From positions 1-41,871 of the forward strand of contig JAYTOU010000028.1 of the NCBI GenBank assembly GCA_043747615.1: 41,871 bases of DNA, written 5' to 3'. The notes under the pieces were generated by a model. It was given only the letters and a program-made list of their open reading frames with translations. It searched no databases and was not told the origin of the DNA. Made by a program: the position numbers and the translations under genes. Below are positions 8,891 to 18,335 of this stretch, one piece after another. The DNA comes from Myxococcales bacterium. Lineage in GTDB: Bacteria; Myxococcota_A; Polyangia; Polyangiales; Polyangiaceae. The number at the start of each line of letters is the position of its first letter. Positions within the stretch are counted from its first letter, which is position 1.

Positions 8891-9715
8891 ATGCACGGCC
8901 TGGGAAAAACGCTTCGCTTCTTCTTCGCGGCGATCTTCGTCGCGTTTGTCATTGCTGCTTGCGGCGGCAAGAGCGGCCTCGACGTACCGGACACGTACTT
9001 GCCGGATGGGGGAATCGCCGGGTGCGGAGACGGTCTCTGCGACGCGTCCGAGACGTGCGCTACCTGCTCGGTGGACTGCGGGTTGTGCGCGGGCTGCGGC
9101 AACGGCTCGTGCGACGCGTCCGAGACGTGCGCGTCGTGCCCCGCTGACTGCGGCGTTTGCGCCACCTGCGGTGACGGCTTCTGCAAAGACGGCAAGACGT
9201 GCCTGTCCTGCGCGCCCGATTGCGGAAAGTGCGCTGGCTGCGGCGACCACACGTGCGACGCGAAGACCGAGAACTGTTTCAGCTGTCCGGAGGATTGCGG
9301 CAAGTGTGCGGGCTGCGGCGACGGAAAGTGCACGTCGCCCGAAACGTGCGCATCGTGCGCGCCGGACTGCGGGGTTTGCGCGGTCTGCGGGAATGCGAAG
9401 TGCGAAGCTCCCTACGAGACGTGCACGAACTGCCACCAGGACTGCGGCGACTGCACGACGATCGGCTGTTTCACGATGCTCACGTGCTCCGTGGGCTGCA
9501 TCGACATGAGCACCAAGCCTCCGCACGTGCGTATCTCCTGCGTCGGCGATTGCGTGTCGCGCGGCTGCCCGAGCGCCCAGTTCTTCTTCGATCAGGCGTT
9601 CAACTGCTTCTTGCAGCACATTCAGGAATGCGGCGCGGACTTCGGATGCTTGCAGAGCAAGTGCTCAGGCGAAGTGGGCGCGTGCTTCGGCTCGGTCTGT
9701 CCACAGATGAACTAG
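8891..9715 (+). CDS. Cys-rich repeat lipoprotein
   Basis: Lipobox IAAC; six CG(D/N)GxC...ETCxxCxxDCGxC repeats, then a Cys-rich helical tail. Confidence 0.85.
   Translation: MHGLGKTLRFFFAAIFVAFVIAACGGKSGLDVPDTYLPDGGIAGCGDGLCDASETCATCSVDCGLCAGCGNGSCDASETCASCPADCGVCATCGDGFCKDGKTCLSCAPDCGKCAGCGDHTCDAKTENCFSCPEDCGKCAGCGDGKCTSPETCASCAPDCGVCAVCGNAKCEAPYETCTNCHQDCGDCTTIGCFTMLTCSVGCIDMSTKPPHVRISCVGDCVSRGCPSAQFFFDQAFNCFLQHIQECGADFGCLQSKCSGEVGACFGSVCPQMN
9023..9454 (+). repeat. Six tandem 72-75 bp coding repeats
   Basis: TGCGACGCGTCCGAGACGTGCGC recurs at 9038 and 9110; the protein unit is 24-25 aa with 6 Cys. Confidence 0.85.
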
Positions 9716-11115
9716 ATTCGCGCCTTTGCGGGCCCGATTTTGTTGTAGCCGTCGAGGGCGGCGACTTTGTAGCACTCGGCGAAGGTCGGATAGTTGAAGA
9801 CCGCGTCGACGAAATAGTCGAGCGTGCCACCGAACGCGAGCACCGCCTGGCCGATGTGAATGAGCTCGGTTGCGCCTGTCCCGATGATGTGGACGCCGAG
9901 AATCTTCCGGGTCTCGATGTCGATGAGGAGCTTCAACATCCCGGAGTGGTCACCGAGAATCGCTCCGCGGGCGATCTCTTTGTAGTGCGCGAGGCCGACC
10001 TCGTAATGAACGTTATCGGCCATGAGCGCTTCTTCAGTGCGGCCGACCATCGAGATTTCCGGAATCGAATAGATGCCGTAGGGAAACTCAGTGGAGATCG
10101 GAACGAGGGGAACGTTGAACGCGTGACACGCTGCCTGCCGACCTTGCTCGAGCGACGTCGATGCTAGGGAAGGGAAGCCGATGACGTCCCCCACGGCGTA
10201 AATGTGGGGCTGCGCGGTCTGGAATGCGGCGTTGACCTTCAGCCGCCCTCGGTCGTCGGCGGTGAGGCCGGCATTGTCTAGCTTGAGATCGTTCGTCGCG
10301 CCGACCCGTCCGATAGAATAGAGGAGCACGTCGGAGATGATCTTTTTTCCCGACTTGAGTATCGCCACCGCGCGACGGGGTCCTTCGATGGTCACCTCGG
10401 CGACGTCTTCGTTCAGGCGAAGCGTGCAGTTGTTGTTTCGCATTTGGTACGAGAGCGACGCGGCGATCTCAGCGTCCACGAAATCGAGGAGGCGCGCGCG
10501 CTTGTCGACCACCGTGGTCTTCACACCGAGGGCCCCGAACATCGTCGCATACTCGACGCCGATCACGCCGGCGCCCACGACAGTCATCGTCCGCGGCAGC
10601 TCTTTCAAGGTGAGAATTCCGTCGGAGTCGATCACTGTCTCGCCGTTGACCGGCACGCCGGGAGGAGCCGCGGGCACCGTGCCGGTGGCGATCACGATCG
10701 CGCCGGCTTCGATCTCCGTCGTGCTGCCTGTTCCGCTCTGGACAACGAGGTGATGGGGATCGACGAAGGACGCGGCGCCGTTCAAGAGCGTGACGCCGTT
10801 GCGCTTCATTTGCGCGCGGATGACCTCGATCTCGTGCTTGATCACCGCTCGGCAGCGCGAAAGAAGATCATCCATCGTAATCTTTTCGCGACCGTTGCTG
10901 CCGTCGCCGTACATTCCGCGCTGCCCGTAGCCAGTGAGGTAGAGGACTGCCTCGCGGAAGGTCTTGGAGGGGATGGTGCCCGTGTTGATCCACGCTCCGC
11001 CGAGGGCCTCTCGCCGCTCCGAGATCCCCACCGACTTACCGAGCTTCGCGGCTTGCACTGCGGCGCGCTGGCCGCCCGGCCCGCTCCCCAAGACGAACAG
11101 ATCGAACTTGAGCAT
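9712..11115 (-). CDS. sthA: Soluble pyridine nucleotide transhydrogenase
   Basis: GSGPGG FAD motif, NTGTIPSKT, GAGVIG, GDVIGFPSLAS, YGIYSIPEIS, ELIHIGQ, FNYPT..E.YKVAA. Confidence 0.95.
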   Translation of the reverse strand: MLKFDLFVLGSGPGGQRAAVQAAKLGKSVGISERREALGGAWINTGTIPSKTFREAVLYLTGYGQRGMYGDGSNGREKITMDDLLSRCRAVIKHEIEVIRAQMKRNGVTLLNGAASFVDPHHLVVQSGTGSTTEIEAGAIVIATGTVPAAPPGVPVNGETVIDSDGILTLKELPRTMTVVGAGVIGVEYATMFGALGVKTTVVDKRARLLDFVDAEIAASLSYQMRNNNCTLRLNEDVAEVTIEGPRRAVAILKSGKKIISDVLLYSIGRVGATNDLKLDNAGLTADDRGRLKVNAAFQTAQPHIYAVGDVIGFPSLASTSLEQGRQAACHAFNVPLVPISTEFPYGIYSIPEISMVGRTEEALMADNVHYEVGLAHYKEIARGAILGDHSGMLKLLIDIETRKILGVHIIGTGATELIHIGQAVLAFGGTLDYFVDAVFNYPTFAECYKVAALDGYNKIGPAKARI

Positions 11116-11198
11116 CAGCTGCGATGCTAACGGGAAAGGGGGCTGGCGTCCGGGGGCTTTTGCTGGACCGTCACCGGCACTTCGGATAGCCCAGTTCG

Positions 11199-11924
11199 AT
11201 GTCCCGTCGCCTTATTTCACTCCTCATCGTGCTCTCGCTCGCAGCATCCGTAGCCGCGTGCGGCAAGAAAAAGGTCGGCGGAAAGTGCGTCGAAGGGCAG
11301 ACCGCCTGCACCGACCCTAGCAGCGCCCTCTACTGCCTCGACGGGAAGTTCGCCGCCATGAGCTGCCGCGGGACGCTCGGCTGCACGGGCACCGCCGGAG
11401 ACATCACCTGCGACAACAACGCCGCCCTCGTGAACGACGGCTGCGACAAGGAAAAAGACCTCGCCTGCACCGTCGACAAGCAGAACGAGCTCCGCTGCCG
11501 CGCGAACAAGTTCGTCATCGCATCGACCTGCCGCGGTCCAAAAGGGTGCCTGTTCGAAGGGAACACTCTGCACTGCGACACGGACGTCGCCGTGTTGAAC
11601 GATCCTTGCGAAGACGAGGGCGACGCGGCGTGCGCGGTGGACAAGAGGGCACTCCTCGTGTGCAAGGCGGGCAAGTACGTCCTCGAGAACACCTGCAAGG
11701 GGCCGAAGGGATGCGGCGTCACGGGTAGCGACGTGCACTGCGACGACGACGTCGCCGACCTCAATGACACCTGCGTAAAAGAAGGCGATTACGCGTGCAG
11801 CCTCGACAAGAAGTCTCTCCTCATTTGCAAGAGCAACAAGTTCGCGTTCGAGAAGAAGAAGTGCGCGGGCAAGGGCTGCAGCTTCGCCCAGCACGGCCAG
11901 TCGACCGATTTCGAGTGCAACTAG
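11199..11924 (+). CDS. Cys-rich repeat lipoprotein
   Basis: Lipobox VAAC; about four ~55-aa repeats C...AC..DK...L.C..(N/G)K(F/Y)....C(R/K)GPKGC...CD. Confidence 0.85.
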   Translation: MSRRLISLLIVLSLAASVAACGKKKVGGKCVEGQTACTDPSSALYCLDGKFAAMSCRGTLGCTGTAGDITCDNNAALVNDGCDKEKDLACTVDKQNELRCRANKFVIASTCRGPKGCLFEGNTLHCDTDVAVLNDPCEDEGDAACAVDKRALLVCKAGKYVLENTCKGPKGCGVTGSDVHCDDDVADLNDTCVKEGDYACSLDKKSLLICKSNKFAFEKKKCAGKGCSFAQHGQSTDFECN

Positions 11925-11962
11925 CCTTGACGGCTCTGCGCGCCCGTGAGTTCTAAGAGGAC

Positions 11963-12340
11963 ATGCGCATCCTTCTCCTCGCCGCAGCCGTAACGGCAAC
12001 GCTCGGCTGCCAAGGCTCCTGCCCATATCCGGGTACGTCCGCGGTCGTCATTACTCCGGAGACGCTCTGCCTTCAGACAAGCATGACCAGCTGCGTCGCC
12101 CCCACCCTCAAGATCGTCAACAACTGCCCCGACGCCCTCTACATGCCGATTGCGTATGGCAACTTCGGAGCAGACGCCGGCAGCGGAGGCGCCGATGTCG
12201 AGGTCGTTCCGGGCGCCACCATCAGCTTCGACGTTCGCCCCGAGAAGGCCACGACCACCACGAAGGCCCGCACAGACTTCACGGTGCCCGCGCGCCTCGG
12301 CGCAAAGCCCATTTCTCTTTCCTTCTACGTCACGAACTAG
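11963..12340 (+). CDS. Small hypothetical lipoprotein
   Basis: AAGAGG RBS; lipobox TLGC; beta-rich 125 aa. Confidence 0.7.
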   Translation: MRILLLAAAVTATLGCQGSCPYPGTSAVVITPETLCLQTSMTSCVAPTLKIVNNCPDALYMPIAYGNFGADAGSGGADVEVVPGATISFDVRPEKATTTTKARTDFTVPARLGAKPISLSFYVTN

Positions 12341-12343
12341 TTC

Positions 12344-13693
12344 TTGGCCTCGCGTTTTCGCGCGGAGCTCCGCGAGATGCTGCGGCTCTCGGTGCCCATG
12401 GCCGCAGCCCAGCTCGCGCTGATCACTATGGGCCTGGTGGACGCGTCGATCCTTGGTCATGTGTCGGTGACGGAGCTCGGCGGGTTGGCGATGGGGCGGT
12501 CGATTTCCTATTCGGCGATGACTGTCTGTATGGGCGTCGCCCTGGCGCTGGAGCCGCTCGCGTCGCAGGCCGTCGGCGCCGGCGATCCCAACCTAGCCTG
12601 GCGCGCGCTCCTGTCCGCGTTGAAGACCGGCCTCGCTCTGTGGCTTCCCGTCGTCGTCTTAGCGCAGCTCGGGGCGTTCACACTCGAGCCTATCGGTGTG
12701 AGCCACGAGCTCGCCGTGCGTGCGCGCGCGTACATGCTCGGCCAAGCCCCAGGACTAGCTTTTTACGGCGCTTTTTTGGCTGGAAAAACATATCTACAGG
12801 CAAAAGACATCACCCGGCCGACGCTCATTGCGGCGATCGTCGCGAACCTGGTCAACGTGGTGATGTGCAACCTTCTCGTGCGCGGCGACGACGCTCTCGC
12901 TCTCGTCCATCTCCCGCCGGTTGGCCTTCCTCGCCTGGGTGCGCTTGGAGCAGGCGTCGCCACGAGCATCGCCAGCCTCGTTCTCGCGGCCACCGTGCTC
13001 CGGGCTGCGTGGAGCGTCGGAGACCGCGAGGGACAACCCGGTGCGGCCGACGTGCCCGTGCGCACGGTACTTCGTCTCGGTCTTCCGATTGGCCTCCAGC
13101 TCCTGGCCGAGATCGGCGTATTCACCCTTGTCGCGATCATAGCTGGACGGCTGGGAACCGTTGCCCTCTCTGCGCATCAAGTGGCGCTCGGGCTCGCGAG
13201 CTTCACGTACATGGGAGCGCTGGGCATCAGCGCGGCGACGTCGGTGCGCGTCGGTCAGGCGGTGGGGGCGGGGGAGTCGCCGCGCCGTGCCGGCTTCGTA
13301 GGAATCGGAGTGGGTGTAGTATACATGAGTATCAGCGCCGGCGTTTTTGCGCTTGTCCCAGGGCCGCTGATCCGCCTCTTCACCGACGATCCCCAGGTGA
13401 TTTCACTCGGCATCATGCTCCTCCGCATCGCTGCAGTCTTCCAGCTCTTCGACGGCGTTCAGGCCATTGCGGCAGGGGCGCTTCGCGGTGCGGGAGATGT
13501 CCGCTTCTCGTTCGTGACGAACGTCATTGCCTACTGGGCGATCGGCTTGCCCATCGCACTTGCGCTCGGATTTCGGGTCGGGTGGGGCGCCGCCGGCCTG
13601 TGGTGGGGCCTCACCGCCGGCCTCGTTCTCGTGGCGTTCGTCCTCACGGCGCGCTTCTACGTTCTGTCGCGCGAGCTCGTCACCCGGGTCTGA
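12344..13693 (+). CDS. MATE family efflux transporter (NorM-like)
   Basis: About 12 TM in two halves; LASQAVGAG, RLGLPIG, SVRVGQAVGAG, FQLFDG.Q, GALRGAGD. Start TTG 12344 or ATG 12377. Confidence 0.93.
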   Translation: MASRFRAELREMLRLSVPMAAAQLALITMGLVDASILGHVSVTELGGLAMGRSISYSAMTVCMGVALALEPLASQAVGAGDPNLAWRALLSALKTGLALWLPVVVLAQLGAFTLEPIGVSHELAVRARAYMLGQAPGLAFYGAFLAGKTYLQAKDITRPTLIAAIVANLVNVVMCNLLVRGDDALALVHLPPVGLPRLGALGAGVATSIASLVLAATVLRAAWSVGDREGQPGAADVPVRTVLRLGLPIGLQLLAEIGVFTLVAIIAGRLGTVALSAHQVALGLASFTYMGALGISAATSVRVGQAVGAGESPRRAGFVGIGVGVVYMSISAGVFALVPGPLIRLFTDDPQVISLGIMLLRIAAVFQLFDGVQAIAAGALRGAGDVRFSFVTNVIAYWAIGLPIALALGFRVGWGAAGLWWGLTAGLVLVAFVLTARFYVLSRELVTRV

Positions 13694-13699
13694 AGCACG

Positions 13700-15079
13700 T
13701 CAGCGCCAGACCCCAGCGCTCAGCCCCCAGCCGAAATAGCCGCGAGCCACGTCCACCGAGCCGCCGGCGCGAAAATACGTGTCCTCGTCGAGCAGACCGA
13801 ACACCGTCCACGAAAAGAGCTTGGCGTCGAACCCCGTGGCGCCGTGGATGCGCGCACGCGACCCTTCGAAGCGCGTCGGCTCGAGGTACGTGCCCGCGCG
13901 CACTTGTAGCCACGACGGAACGGCCTCGACCTCCACTCCCAGGCGTGGAGTCACCGTCACCTTCTCCCCGGATCGGTCCACTCTCTGCGACAAGAACGAC
14001 TCGAATCCCACCGCGCCAAGCGCCCTTCCCGCGATGAGAACTGCGGTCGTAACCAGCACTTTTTGCCGTGAGATTTCCTGGTAACGGCGGATGAGAATGC
14101 GGCGTGCGACCGAAGCGTCGGGCTCGCGTTTCCCGTTGATGGTGCGTCGCTCTCGGTCGATCTCCATCGGAGCCACGGTGCGGCCGTCCGTCCAACCTAG
14201 ATTAAGCGACCGACGACCGAGCTGAAATGCAATGCCGCCTTCGATCTCCGCGGGAAGACGAATTTCGTTCGGCAAATAAAGCTCGCCGATCTTCCGGTCA
14301 CCGACGGCATCGGGCTGGGTGCGACTCGCACCGTCGGGGCGCCCACGGACTTGAGATCGCGCTGTAAGTCCGACCCGCAAGGAGAGCTTCTTCGGAGCCC
14401 AGAGCACGCCCATTTCTGGCCCCAAGCCGGACATCGTGAGCAGCTCTCTTTCCATGCTTCCGCCGGTATCGACGATACCGAGAACCGCTCCTCGAGCGCC
14501 CACACCGAGGACGAATTGATCGTCCATGAAGGCGTACGCCGCGAGGAGATGGGCCGTTGCGAGCCGAAGCCGCGTGTTCGGGAGAGCAAGCATGGCGTCC
14601 GTCGAATGGCCAAGCTCGTACTGCTGGAGATTGATGGTCAGCCCCACTCCGATGGGCCCGTACTGGAGCGTTGCGCCGCCCGTGAGAAATACGAAGTTCG
14701 AGAACTCGAAGCGCTTTGATCCGTTGTTGTAGAAATCATTTCCCTTGAGCGACGTGGGAAACGTGATCCCCGCCATCACGTCGTAGTCCAGACGATCGGT
14801 CGACCACGGAGGGCGCACCGCCGGAGCCGCAGCGTTCGAGCCGTTGGCCTCGACACCTTCGGCCAGCGGCGAAGATGCACCCGCCAGCGCGGTGAGGCGG
14901 CTCGACGCGAGCACCGGCCCTTGAAAGAGATCGACGGTGAATGCCGAGGTCGTGATCGGCTGTCCCTGTGCGGGAAGGGGACCCGCCGCGCGCGCTTCCG
15001 TGGCAACGAGTGCGAGCGCGAGCCCGGCGGCCGCGGCGAGTTGCGTGTTCAGTCTGCCGTCACCAACTCGTCGGGCCAT
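13700..15079 (-). CDS. Putative outer-membrane beta-barrel protein
   Basis: Signal peptide ending ARA; alternating amphipathic strands; C-terminal WGLSAGVWR beta-signal-like end. Confidence 0.7.
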   Translation of the reverse strand: MARRVGDGRLNTQLAAAAGLALALVATEARAAGPLPAQGQPITTSAFTVDLFQGPVLASSRLTALAGASSPLAEGVEANGSNAAAPAVRPPWSTDRLDYDVMAGITFPTSLKGNDFYNNGSKRFEFSNFVFLTGGATLQYGPIGVGLTINLQQYELGHSTDAMLALPNTRLRLATAHLLAAYAFMDDQFVLGVGARGAVLGIVDTGGSMERELLTMSGLGPEMGVLWAPKKLSLRVGLTARSQVRGRPDGASRTQPDAVGDRKIGELYLPNEIRLPAEIEGGIAFQLGRRSLNLGWTDGRTVAPMEIDRERRTINGKREPDASVARRILIRRYQEISRQKVLVTTAVLIAGRALGAVGFESFLSQRVDRSGEKVTVTPRLGVEVEAVPSWLQVRAGTYLEPTRFEGSRARIHGATGFDAKLFSWTVFGLLDEDTYFRAGGSVDVARGYFGWGLSAGVWR

Positions 15080-16592
15080 AGTCTTTCAGGAATTGGCCCC
15101 ATACGTGAACGCCTGTGAGAAGTCCGGAGAAGAACGGATCGCAGATGCGCGCGGCCCCATCGACGATGTCGAGCGGAGGCTGAAAATCGTGCATTTCCTG
15201 CTTCTGCGCAGCCTGCACTGCGGGATCTTCGTCCGTCACCCACCCGGTGTCGACCGCGTTCATGAAAATCCCGCTCTGCGCATAATCGGGCGCGGACGTG
15301 AGGGTCATCATGTTGAGCGCGGCCTTCGCCATGTTCGTGTGCGGGTGCTTGTCGGTCTTGGTGTGGCGAGAAAATTTTCCCTCCATCGCCGACACGTTCA
15401 CGATGTGCTTCTCGTTCGTCGGGCGGCGGAGCATGAGCGGCTTGAGCTTGCTGCAGAGGATGAACGGGGCGACGGCGTTCACGAGGTGCACTTCGAGCAT
15501 CTCGGGCGTGGCCACGTCGGCGAGGCCCAGGCGCCAGCTGTTTACCTTGCGAAGATCGACCTGCTGGAGATCCGCGTCGACCCTGCCAACGGGAAAGAGG
15601 TCGCGCGCGCTCGCTTCGTCGTCGTAGCCGTGAGGGATCTGAGACAGGAGAGCCGCGGACTTGATCCCGACGCCGGGACCCGCGAGATCTACCTTGGCCC
15701 ATTCTCCTTTTCCGGTGCCCCCGGGGAGAAGCTTGGTGCCGCCGAGCGCCGCTTTGCATTCCTCGTGAGCCGCGAGGAGTGCTCGCGCATCGGGGGGCAT
15801 GTTCGACAGAGCGCGCTCCTCGAGATCGAGCAAGTGAGCGTAAAACGCCGGGGGACGACGCACAGTCTGAGCCGCGTTGTTGATGAGGATGTCGAGCGTG
15901 CTCTCACGGCGATCGAGGTAGCGCGCGAAGATCTCGACGCTCGGCGAATGACGGAGATCGAGCCCGTGGATCTGCAAGCGATCACGCCACTCCGAGTGAT
16001 CGGCTTCGCGCGCGTAACGGGTTGCTGCGTCATGCGGAAAACGCGTGGTGACGATGACCTTCGCGCCTGCCCGGAGCATCATCAGCGCCGCCTGGTAGCC
16101 GATCTTGAGACGCGCCCCGGTGATGAGCGCAACCCGCCCTTTGAGCGACGCGGTCTGGAAGCGCTTCTTGTAGTTGAACTCCGCGCACGAGGGGCACATC
16201 GCGTCGTAGAAGAAATGAAGACGCGTGAAGAGCACCTTGCAGACGTAACAATTTCGCGGGTTCGTCAGCTCGCCCGCCGAGGCTCCGGTTTCCGCTCCGG
16301 CCGAGAGCTGCGGAGCCACGAAGACGGCGTTCCGGCGTGCCGCGCGAATCTCGGTTGCCGCCCGCGCGTCTCGATCGCTGTTCTGTTCCTTCTTCCGATT
16401 GACCCTACGAAAGGCCTTTGAGACCCGGATCATCTCGTTGCGCGTGGGACGGGAGAGGCGGCCCGCCGCCATCATGAGCGCGGTTCGTTCCGCGAGCGTG
16501 ACCTCTCCGAGGAGCATCCGATCCTCGACGATGGCCTCGAGCATCTCCGTCAGGCGCCGGATCTCTTCGGGGGTGAACTTCGTCGTCATCAC
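15060..16592 (-). CDS. SDR-family oxidoreductase with N-terminal CxxC...CxxC domain
   Basis: CYVC...CPSC, ITGARLKIG, LINNAAQT, IVNVS, TNMAKAAL, NAVDTGW. Confidence 0.9.
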   Translation of the reverse strand: MMTTKFTPEEIRRLTEMLEAIVEDRMLLGEVTLAERTALMMAAGRLSRPTRNEMIRVSKAFRRVNRKKEQNSDRDARAATEIRAARRNAVFVAPQLSAGAETGASAGELTNPRNCYVCKVLFTRLHFFYDAMCPSCAEFNYKKRFQTASLKGRVALITGARLKIGYQAALMMLRAGAKVIVTTRFPHDAATRYAREADHSEWRDRLQIHGLDLRHSPSVEIFARYLDRRESTLDILINNAAQTVRRPPAFYAHLLDLEERALSNMPPDARALLAAHEECKAALGGTKLLPGGTGKGEWAKVDLAGPGVGIKSAALLSQIPHGYDDEASARDLFPVGRVDADLQQVDLRKVNSWRLGLADVATPEMLEVHLVNAVAPFILCSKLKPLMLRRPTNEKHIVNVSAMEGKFSRHTKTDKHPHTNMAKAALNMMTLTSAPDYAQSGIFMNAVDTGWVTDEDPAVQAAQKQEMHDFQPPLDIVDGAARICDPFFSGLLTGVHVWGQFLKDYGPTSW

Positions 16593-16613
16593 CCCTTCCT
16601 ATAGTCGATCTCG

Positions 16614-18239
16614 TCAGTAAACCGGTGGCAAGACGGTGAGCACGAGGGGAGTTCGTGCCTGCGAAAATACGTTGTCGAGCTCACCGTCGACGATGCGCAT
16701 CGGATCGTAACCGCGCTCACCCCACGAGAAATCAAGGCGCATCGAGCTGAGCAGATCGAAGTACGACTTCTGCGTTCCATCGATGAGACCGGTGAGAAGG
16801 CGCGCCGTAGCCACCCCTCCGTCGAGCACGTACGAGGGCAAACCGTTCAGCACCATGTCCAGGTTCTTGGAGCCCCCTGGCTTCATCTTCAAGAAATCCT
16901 CGTGGTAGTAGTTGAACGAGATGCAGCTGTTGACGAGCATGATCTGGTAGCGGTCGTTGAAGTTCTGTGGACCGTAGAGGGTGGGCTCGAGAGGGCCGTG
17001 ACCGAAGTGCGAGTGCCCGTTGTAGAGGAAGACGTCGCCGTACCAGAACGCTTCCAGGTAACGCCACTGGGCGTGCTGGCGGGCGGTAGGCGAGCCGTCC
17101 TCGTAGCCGAAGAACGAGCGCACTTCGACGGTCATCGTCTTCGCGCCGCCGTGCCCGTCCTTCACAGACACCGGCAAATCCCAGTAGATCCAGCGCTCGG
17201 TGAACGCGGCGAGCGCTTGCTTCCGGAGGGCTGCGATTCTTGCCGGGTCGCTCCCAACCTCCGCGGGGTATGCTGCCTTGTCGATGATCCACGAGAACAT
17301 CTGATCGTAGGTCACGCCGCTCAGTTTCTTCCCGTCGACGTACACGTCGAGGAGCATCGCGGAGGGATCCGTCCTCACGACCCTGAAGCTCGGCTGCGCG
17401 TGAAGCATCGTCCGAAAAAATTTCATCGTCTCCTGCGCGAGGAGATCGTCCGGATCCGTCTCGTCCTTGTCGACGCCGAAGAACGCGTAGACGATCAGCT
17501 GAGCCTTGTCCGTCCCCACGCCAAAGAGGCGATCGTACTCGGGGGAAAAGAGCTGCCCGGGGAGCTTCGGGGCGTCGAGCTTCGCGGTGATCGGAAGGAA
17601 CCAACGGCCGGCTTCGGCGGGACCGATGCGATCGCCCGTGGCGCCGAGGGTGGCGGCCTCGTTGGCAATGGCCGTGAGCTCGGCCTGGATTTTCGTGACG
17701 CAGCTGCCCGCTTCCGGTGCGAAGTGGTACCAGAGCGAATCGGTGTCCGTCGTCGGATCGTCGGTGCACGACGTCTTGATCGGATCGGCGTGCTGCCCGT
17801 AGTCATCCGCGAGGACCACGAAGTCGATCGCGCTCCGCGTGGACAGATCGTTCGTGACCACGGCCCGGTCATTGTACGGGAAGGTGACGCGCACGATGGG
17901 GCGCCCGGCGGCGGTGGGGTTTGCCGGGTCGACGACGCTGATGTTCTGCCGTTTCCAGGTCGATGGATCGAGGTTGCTCTGGGAGGCGCGATCGTCGATC
18001 GAAACCTTCGGCGAACGAAGAGCCCCGATGGCGGTCTTGACCTGGCGGGCAATGGCCACCTTGATCGCCGCGTCGTCTGCGCTCGGCGTGACGTAGACGT
18101 ACGACTGAAAGTGGATGCCGCGCTCGGCGCTGGTGGTCCCCGTCAGGTGGTCCGCGGACGTGGCTTCGTTCCCCGAGGGGCCGCCGGAGCAGCCTCCGAC
18201 GGTGAGTGCGAGCGACAAAACGATCAGAAAACGCGTCAT
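16614..18239 (-). CDS. Lipoprotein with possible clan CD (caspase/gingipain-like) C-terminal domain
   Basis: GGAGG RBS; lipobox VGGC; VFLYNGHS and IMLVNSC motifs. The CDS is secure; the function is inferred. Confidence 0.7.
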   Translation of the reverse strand: MTRFLIVLSLALTVGGCSGGPSGNEATSADHLTGTTSAERGIHFQSYVYVTPSADDAAIKVAIARQVKTAIGALRSPKVSIDDRASQSNLDPSTWKRQNISVVDPANPTAAGRPIVRVTFPYNDRAVVTNDLSTRSAIDFVVLADDYGQHADPIKTSCTDDPTTDTDSLWYHFAPEAGSCVTKIQAELTAIANEAATLGATGDRIGPAEAGRWFLPITAKLDAPKLPGQLFSPEYDRLFGVGTDKAQLIVYAFFGVDKDETDPDDLLAQETMKFFRTMLHAQPSFRVVRTDPSAMLLDVYVDGKKLSGVTYDQMFSWIIDKAAYPAEVGSDPARIAALRKQALAAFTERWIYWDLPVSVKDGHGGAKTMTVEVRSFFGYEDGSPTARQHAQWRYLEAFWYGDVFLYNGHSHFGHGPLEPTLYGPQNFNDRYQIMLVNSCISFNYYHEDFLKMKPGGSKNLDMVLNGLPSYVLDGGVATARLLTGLIDGTQKSYFDLLSSMRLDFSWGERGYDPMRIVDGELDNVFSQARTPLVLTVLPPVY

Positions 18240-18277
18240 GAGGACAGCCTCCGATAAGAACCTACTTAGGCGACGGC

Positions 18278-18300
18278 GAGTTAGTAACTCACAGATGAGT
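18278..18300. promoter_or_regulatory. Palindromic operator candidates
   Basis: GAGTTA-G-TAACTC (18278-18290) overlapping ACTCA-CAGA-TGAGT (18287-18300), in the AT-richer spacer upstream of the 16614..18239 gene. Confidence 0.45.
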
Positions 18301-18335
18301 GACGTGCAAGCCGACTTTCCCTCCTACGCGCGCGC

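Noticed and set aside
9023..9454. Regularly spaced repeats as a CRISPR array
   Set aside because: Degenerate, in-frame coding repeats with no unique spacers and no cas genes.
12760..12810. AT-rich patch inside the MATE gene
   Set aside because: Short, frame intact and explained by Phe/Tyr/Lys codons; no sign of an insertion.
8147..18257. Long antisense or alternative-frame ORFs (8147..9619, 12640..14037, 14937..16421, 16902..18257 and similar)
   Set aside because: Expected in high-GC DNA; Arg/Ala-rich, no motifs, fully overlapping well-supported genes.
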